In this document: one piece after another, positions 60,001 to 64,000 of the stretch
Numbering within the stretch: the first letter of the stretch is position 1
How the letters are laid out: each line of letters starts with the position of its first letter
NCBI GenBank assembly: GCA_963748015.1
Contig: CAVVHE010000005.1
Coordinates: forward strand, 224,001-288,000
Length of the DNA: 64,000 nt
Direction: 5' to 3'
Origin: Terriglobia bacterium
Lineage (GTDB): Bacteria; Acidobacteriota; Polarisedimenticolia; Polarisedimenticolales; JAIQFR01
Translations under genes and position numbers: made by a program
The notes under the pieces: generated by a model
The model's database searches: none
What the model was told of the DNA's origin: nothing
What the model saw: the letters and a program-made list of their open reading frames with translations, nothing else

Positions 60001-60074
60001 TCCGCGGCGAGGGCCCACGTCGTTGCGATGAGTGCGAGAACGATGAGTGCGAATCCTGATAGGCCTCGGCGCAT
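54081..60074 (-). CDS. Very large secreted S8 (subtilisin-like) protease, ~2000 aa, with Ig/FN3-like modules and a C-terminal CP domain
   Basis: Signal peptide after AGGAGG; catalytic VMDTG, GHGT, SAGNSG, GTSFSAP; Thr/Gly/Asn-rich beta modules. Confidence 0.9.
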   Translation of the reverse strand: MRRGLSGFALIVLALIATTWALAADEPPRPTGPAAPPSASGAVTAVTDAAGNPVSPAAVAAAPRRGVEPQSERGRAEVQRGRSWWPYASALPPYTAVDQRAETMTEDEILVNGVAALDVRNPEAAHSRMPKDLLLEAGSQLSQAEGFYLVKIKGMTRTQNEVDALEAAGAVLGEYLNINTYVARIPSGSFSSVKRLPFVTFVGDYHPAYKIGPRIGLESIPWGEAFEAATGQSKPWVFDVTLHKGADVTAVLVALGRLGLAPKSEESLSSEELTVLSVAASPDQIPSLAKIPGVKRLAEKTYPRLMASSTSPAAIPMILQNNGAFTTSTASGWKLWNAGLDGNASGTAQVVTVMDTGLNTNMEHFAQDTVSVGTVGPTHRKVVGYDNYGGDVCVNAYTTADGGHGTWTSQHAVGSISNMTANPDTVNTPPEYYDNGIARDAKVYFQDIGVAGGSLAPPLDMSLAVAAAIAKGSYVQNHSWGANTPTYDTRADNFDTTLFNNPNFVMTVSAGNSGAAGASTINDSCTAKNVICVGGADAANYTSLFIDCLWDGLAACSANDLGSSRGPVVGSGRTKPDILGFMAFSAPVGGEVEAGERPAAMCQTDVTKNVYWDWTNQNNFGGTSFSAPEVAGLAAIVRDYFLAGFYPGGSANPANALTPSGSLVKAVILASGEDMITTASPQTSIAIAKRYGSDVGYGRANLPGALHVGSSPPFLWVQNNDALGDGSTKTFYYTINGNSLPLRVMMTYYDASGDVLQKDADLKVTIGANVYWGNNFSGGWSTAATATRDHTNNTEGVFLDAAHGLPASGTIQVDVIGFNDPGGMNYSLVVVGDVAAQNVTQVYLDQSRYNCAQNVNVTVNDASATSPVSVTLTSRNAASAVIDTQTVSCTGSGGVFTGSITTGSGIAVVDGGTITATYAAVTPAVATISCQLAANDGGTILEGGCDNNAAGTDMVAGPLSNGASNEFYNKYMDGGEYTSYTFGFTNQTGVALTDVYVSLSFSGAGASKMTVLNNPVRVGAVPAGALTGAVFQVYTDPSVAGLTDVNFDFDITSPADGYPAPKRLTQVQSLQADDSISRQSQCTTFNTALTPWYESGVTHTTGTVLNPWRWTGAATTPATVSSENRVDGACGNATANAGAMVGNSATTTNFSASSDSFLLQKFQPALVGNAPNGQPYHYVWKWHSFYHASEVLGNQGGVWGGFYNDKWNSAVNPTGDQALGFPIAVAYYYHTIFDYVGTWNWETANTGTPDDPRLGPSSGGAPNQLFITFGASVTGLATAGTYFAYGHEHGDVYWWNGQTTHPARRDIALDNERLVYDEYYKAAQAGASCGGGGQVGQVAFDRYAYDDCPASTAVISVVDANAVAPIQVTVTSPGTGDSEIVTLTGTAPYFSGTLTLNTTTGIGANNGVLFVLPSETLSATYTDGSPAGSTTANALTGCTGGSVAFMSSTVVSENGDGDNIPDNNETVTLDIAIKNSMGTDLTNAKVKIYTTTPSTVDCITDDQALYGTVAAGATVTNPSSDRFTIHVAPAVACTDWQNSPKASFVVVITGTAFDGSAALQTFGLDLDLDTTTTGGSYTLTQNFGTDPGWQTGATPDDEGCTQPYSNNFHWCSVCGNGGGGYGAWIGNSPFGTSGQNYDLDYDSSTLYSPLLVANGNVTLQFSVAYRTESPYDGAVVQYNVANTGWSYLANATPAQAPTTTGNYCSPLATGVTAWTGTGVSWTATDAPGVVASAGQTVQFRWRLGSDSAAGGTGYGGFGVDNVVITGLKQTLVCEPTRNTGLPGCGPACNAPSALTNNTAADLDPIADTGVQVSWAQDAGNWGDSGSGTRTYDVLRDGSPIATGIAYGTTTYTDTTGVNGTSYSYSVRYNNGCGLNATTAGASAADNVCVAPPEVDNNVFVSKSGTDAVITFNLATGATWSDVLKGLLSSLPVGPGGGDETCLANQTALLSVTDVEVPGSGAGFWYLVRGGITCGAGTYGYQAVNGVPSTQRVSTTCP

Positions 60075-60371
60075 CGTAACCTCCTGCGGTGTCGTCCCTT
60101 TCGAGACTCCTGCCCCGTGATCCTTGCCGCTTCGCTCTTCGCTCGCCGGACGTCCGAGGGATCGGACGCGCGCATCCGCGTCGACACCTACGGTCGGCTG
60201 GGGTCGGCGCAAACCGCTACCCCGTTGCTGAAATCCGTTGGTCCTTCCGGCGCTGTTCCAGACCGGATACTTACGAGGAGCCGACCCGTCCGTCAAGGAG
60301 AAAGCTATCAATTACTTGAGTCCTGCGGAGCGGGGAGAAGCAAGGCCCCAGGTCGGGCAGACGGGGGGTAA

Positions 60372-61859
60372 CTACGTCGAGAACATCTCCGCGGCGGGCA
60401 CGATTCTGAGGCGGTTCCGGTTGACCCGGAGGGGGAAGACGGCGATTTCCGCGTCCTCCCGAAGCACCTCCGCCTTGGTCGCTGTGGCGTACTCGATCGG
60501 GGACGGGACCCCGGAGACCAGTCCGTCCGCAAGGACCTTCGCCGTGTCTTCGTCCGTCACGACGGCCAGGTGAGCGTTTTCCCCCTGGAGGTGCTTTCGG
60601 ATCGCCCCGTTCACCTCCTCGACCGTCATGGACGGCAGTCGCCGGAAAAGCTCGTCGGAGACGGCCGCGCGGCCATAGAACTTCCCGTCCAGGGCATAGC
60701 CGAGGCGCCGCGAGGCGGTTTGGGTCCAGAGGCGGCCGTAGCTCGCCAGGAAATCGCGCGTGGCGTCGAACTCCACCGCGGTCAATCCCTCGCGCACGAG
60801 CCGCTCGAGCTCCCGCAGGGCCTGGCGAATGGCGAAGTGCGCGTGCGCGGGCGCGACCGGCCGGATCCAGATCGTGAACGCCTGTCGGCGCCGCGGAACG
60901 TTCGGTAGGGGGAACGTCGAGCCGCCGTCCTGGACGAAGCTCTCGACGTACGAGTAGTCGCCGTAGTTGAGGCCGCGGTCCGCGCGCATCTTGTTCATGA
61001 GGCGGCCGTTGAACGTGCGGTGCTCGCCGAGGCAGGAATTCGCCACGAACAGCGGGTAGAAGTCGTCGTCGGCCCGCGTCACGGAGATCGGGAACCCGAG
61101 CGAGATCGCGGCGGCGCGGCAGGGCTTGGTCACGATCGTCGCCTCTATCCCCTCGGGCGCTCGCGCGGGAGGGATCGCCGCGCGCCGCGGCCTCCCCGCC
61201 GGCAGCCGCTCTATGCCGGCCGCGACCTCCGCGGCGAAGCCGGCGGGGTACCCCCCGGCGAGTCCCAGCTCGACGTTGGCGCGGGTGAAGTGAGCCACCC
61301 GGAAGGACTTGACGTCGTCGAGGGTGACCGCCTTCAGTCCCCCTACGGTCCCCTGGACCGGCCTACCGTAGGGGTGGCCCGCGAACACGGCCGCCTCGAG
61401 CGCTTCCTTTCCCAGCCCCTCGTCGTCCGTTCCACGGAGCCGGGTCACGAGATCGTTGAGCTGGTCGGCCTTGAGCCGCTCGAAGTCGGCCACGCCGAAG
61501 CGCGGCGCGACGAGCACCTCGCTCAAGAGCTCGTGGTAGCGTTCGAGGTTATCGCGGTGGACGGTTCCGGTGACCACCGTGACTTCCCTGTCCGCCCGCG
61601 CGCCGATGGTGGCGGCCATCGGGAAGAGGGCGCCGAGGAGCTCGGGATATGCGAGCTTCTCCGACCCTCCCTCGGCGAGCATCGCCGCGGTCAGGGCGGC
61701 GAGCCCTTCCTTACCCTTCGGGTCGTCCACGCTGCCGGCGTGAAACAGGATCCGGAACGCGACCAGAGGATCGTCCCGGGAGGGAAGGAGCGTGGACGGG
61801 ATCTCCTGCCCGGCCGGCGGGAGCGGGTCTTCCGGGGCGGGGTGCTCGCGACCGGTCAT
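60372..61859 (-). CDS. M16 peptidase, non-catalytic subunit
   Basis: GS..DP.GKEGLA.LTA.ML.EG (no HxxEH), HPYGRP, RGLNYG. Confidence 0.85.
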   Translation of the reverse strand: MTGREHPAPEDPLPPAGQEIPSTLLPSRDDPLVAFRILFHAGSVDDPKGKEGLAALTAAMLAEGGSEKLAYPELLGALFPMAATIGARADREVTVVTGTVHRDNLERYHELLSEVLVAPRFGVADFERLKADQLNDLVTRLRGTDDEGLGKEALEAAVFAGHPYGRPVQGTVGGLKAVTLDDVKSFRVAHFTRANVELGLAGGYPAGFAAEVAAGIERLPAGRPRRAAIPPARAPEGIEATIVTKPCRAAAISLGFPISVTRADDDFYPLFVANSCLGEHRTFNGRLMNKMRADRGLNYGDYSYVESFVQDGGSTFPLPNVPRRRQAFTIWIRPVAPAHAHFAIRQALRELERLVREGLTAVEFDATRDFLASYGRLWTQTASRRLGYALDGKFYGRAAVSDELFRRLPSMTVEEVNGAIRKHLQGENAHLAVVTDEDTAKVLADGLVSGVPSPIEYATATKAEVLREDAEIAVFPLRVNRNRLRIVPAAEMFST

Positions 61860-63187
61860 CCCCGCTCCTTCTCGTGGGCGAGGGTGACGACGGTCCTGTT
61901 CTCTGCGGCGAAGCATCGGGCGGCGGCGGCGCGGACGCTCTCCGGCGTGACGTTCTCGAAGGCCGCGTAGGTCTTCTCGATGGATGCGACCTCGCCGGTG
62001 AGCTGGAAGAAGAACGCCACGGTCTCCGCGACCCGGCCGGGAGTGTCCAGGCCGCCGAGGAACGAGTAGCGGATGTTCGACTTCACCGCCGCGATCCGCT
62101 CTGGAGGCAGCAACTCGCTCGCGAGGCGCGCCAGGGTGCCCTCGATCTCGCCGCGGACCGCGTCCATCCTCGAGGGGTCCTTCACCCGCGCGATCACCTC
62201 GAACAGGTACGGGTCGCGGTGCTCCTCCTGGCCCGCCCGCAGCACCTCCACCCACTGCTTGTCGAGGACGAGGTCCTGGTAGAGCGGGCTTGTTTCCGAG
62301 AACGCCGCCGCGGCCAGCACGTCGAGCGACCGGCCCTCGACGGAATCCGGCACGAACGCGGGGACGTGCCAGGAGAGGACGAGGTACGGAAGCGTGGGGT
62401 TCTTCCATGCGATGTGGGCCTTCCGCTCACCCGCCTGCGGCCCCTCCGGCGGCGCGTCGAGCACCGCCGCCCCCTTCCTCCAGGGAGCGTAGTGCTTCTC
62501 GGCCAGGCCGAGGACTCTGCCGGGCTCGGCGTCCCCCGCGATCACCAGCACGCAGTTGTCCGGCCGGTACCACCTCTCGAAGAACTCGAGACTGTACGCG
62601 TACCGGTTGGGCATGTCCTCGATGTCCCGGAGGAAGCCCATCGTGGTGTGCTTGTAGGTGTGGCGGTCGAACGCGGTGTCGCGCAGCTTCTCGTGCAGCG
62701 ACACGAACGGCATCGAGATGCTCTTGTTGTACTCGCCGAGCACCGCGCCCGTCTCCTTCTGGAACGCCTCGACGGTGTACCGCAGGTTCATGAACCGGTC
62801 CGCCTCGAGGTCCATGACCGTCTCGAGCGCCGCCGACGCCGCGGTGACGTGGTAGCAGGTCCAGTCGTCGGTGGTGAAACCGTTCGAGTCGGCGCCGAGG
62901 CGCTTCAGCACGTCGTTGTACCGCTCCGCGGGGAAGCGGTCCGTTCCGCGGAACATCATGTGCTCGAAGAGGTGGGCGAACCCGGAGAGGCCCGGCTCCA
63001 CCTCGTTCCGGGAGCCGGCCCGCACCACCATGTAGTGCGCCGCGATCCCGGGGCTGTCCATGGGGACCACCACGACCTCGAGCCCGTTGCCGAGCGCCGA
63101 TCGGGTGATGGCGAAGGGGAAGGCCGCGCGCGGCGCTTCTCCGCCGAGGGAGCGCCCGCTCGCGCCGGGCGAGCCGCGGATGGCCAT
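61856..63187 (-). CDS. M16 zinc peptidase, catalytic subunit
   Basis: LGNGLEVVV, GSRNE, GFAHLFEHMMFRGT (HxxEH), NGFT, WYRPDN. Confidence 0.9.
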   Translation of the reverse strand: MAIRGSPGASGRSLGGEAPRAAFPFAITRSALGNGLEVVVVPMDSPGIAAHYMVVRAGSRNEVEPGLSGFAHLFEHMMFRGTDRFPAERYNDVLKRLGADSNGFTTDDWTCYHVTAASAALETVMDLEADRFMNLRYTVEAFQKETGAVLGEYNKSISMPFVSLHEKLRDTAFDRHTYKHTTMGFLRDIEDMPNRYAYSLEFFERWYRPDNCVLVIAGDAEPGRVLGLAEKHYAPWRKGAAVLDAPPEGPQAGERKAHIAWKNPTLPYLVLSWHVPAFVPDSVEGRSLDVLAAAAFSETSPLYQDLVLDKQWVEVLRAGQEEHRDPYLFEVIARVKDPSRMDAVRGEIEGTLARLASELLPPERIAAVKSNIRYSFLGGLDTPGRVAETVAFFFQLTGEVASIEKTYAAFENVTPESVRAAAARCFAAENRTVVTLAHEKERG

Positions 63188-63212
63188 GAAGACGATCTCC
63201 GGCGCGGCCGCG

Positions 63213-63728
63213 TCAGTGCTTGCGCGGGCCGAGGACCATGCTCATGTCCCGGTTGATGATCTCGCCGGGAAACGACTCGACCAGCGCGGCGTCGGCGAGC
63301 ATCTCCATCACCTTGTCCAGGACCTTCCGGCCGTTCTCGGGACGCCTCAGGTCGCGGCCGCGGAACATGATGGTGACCTTGACCTTGTCCCCGTCGACGA
63401 GGAAGCGGCGGGCGTGGGTGAGCTTCGTCTCCAGATCGTGGTCGTCGATGTTCGGGCGAAGCTTGATCTGCTTGACCGTGATCCGGCTTTCCTTCTTCCG
63501 CGCCTCTCGGGTCTTCTTCGCGGTCTCGAAGCGGTGCTTGCCCCAGTCCATGATCCTCACGACGATGGGGCGCGCGTCGGGAGCCACCTCGACGAGATCG
63601 AGGCCGGCTTCTTCCGCTAACCGGCGGGCTTCTTCGAGGGGAACGACGCCGACCTGCTGACCTTCGGCGTCGACGAGTCGGACGGGACTCAGGCGGATCT
63701 GGTTGTTGACGCGGACTTTCTCGTCGAT
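63213..63728 (-). CDS. infC: Translation initiation factor IF-3 (ATC start)
   Basis: VRLVD..G.Q.G, GLDLVEVAP, KQIKLRP.I..HD, GDKVKVTIMFRGR; AGGAGG 6 nt before an in-frame ATC. Confidence 0.93.
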   Translation of the reverse strand: MDEKVRVNNQIRLSPVRLVDAEGQQVGVVPLEEARRLAEEAGLDLVEVAPDARPIVVRIMDWGKHRFETAKKTREARKKESRITVKQIKLRPNIDDHDLETKLTHARRFLVDGDKVKVTIMFRGRDLRRPENGRKVLDKVMEMLADAALVESFPGEIINRDMSMVLGPRKH

Positions 63729-63780
63729 TCGACACCTCCTGCCGTGAAAGGGCCGCCGCGGGGCACCCCCTGGCGGCAAG

Positions 63781-63809
63781 AATATACCATCGGGCGGAGA
63801 CCGGGCCAA
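63781..63809 (-). promoter_or_regulatory. Sigma70-like promoter for infC
   Basis: TTGGCC-17 nt-TATATT with an extended -10 TG. Confidence 0.6.
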
Positions 63810-64000
63810 GCGGCCGGATTCTAGGGCCCGCAATCCCTTCGCAGGGAACGAGATGGGACGGAAGCGGCGGCCGGCCCGGGACGTCCGCCGTTGCGCTCGC
63901 GCGCTACCGCGACGCGCGGGACGAGGCCGTGCCCCGCCGGCGGCCGGGCCCCCTGCGCCCGACGTGCTCGGCGGTGACGACCGTGTGGATGCCGCCGCGA

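Noticed and set aside
60075..60270. c-di-GMP riboswitch upstream of the S8 gene
   Set aside because: Only a GAAA-tetraloop hairpin and scattered partial matches; conserved GEMM elements are not in the right order

Overview
Bacterial window made of two compositionally distinct parts. Bases 1-~5973 are visibly lower in GC and form a polysaccharide-biosynthesis segment: Wzx-type flippase, glycosyltransferase, conserved Cys-rich hypothetical, the end of an ISKra4/ISLre2-type element, and a complete IS4-family element with 18-bp inverted repeats and a 10-bp target duplication. This segment ends abruptly inside a gene and is fused to the 3' tail of a SEC-C zinc-motif gene, which suggests a chimeric join or illegitimate recombination. 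The remaining ~58 kb is very GC-rich and, by gene content, Acidobacteriota-like (inference). It encodes amino-acid and peptide catabolism (Met gamma-lyase, nitrilase-family hydrolase, dipeptidase, kynureninase, dimethylargininase, 5-oxoprolinase pxpB-pxpC-MFS-pxpA, HtrA, M16 pair), cysK, a TonB-dependent receptor, a TolC-EmrA-cytidylate-kinase-like-EmrB efflux operon, a beta-propeller two-component system, a Ser/Thr kinase, a pentaheme cytochrome, a DEAD-box helicase, a B12 radical SAM operon and infC with an ATC start. The most striking observation is that two unrelated giant secreted proteins 30 kb apart (a 14-repeat FG-GAP protein and a ~2000-aa subtilase) end in the same ~95-aa Cys-containing domain finishing in CP-stop. 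This is a candidate lineage-specific protein sorting or anchoring signal. Other notable items are a decayed tRNA 3' half (possible att scar), a nested inverted-repeat element, a CarH-like regulator lacking the B12 His ligand, and several single-base frameshifts that probably reflect sequencing error. Start codons were refined by eye, and no database searches were run.
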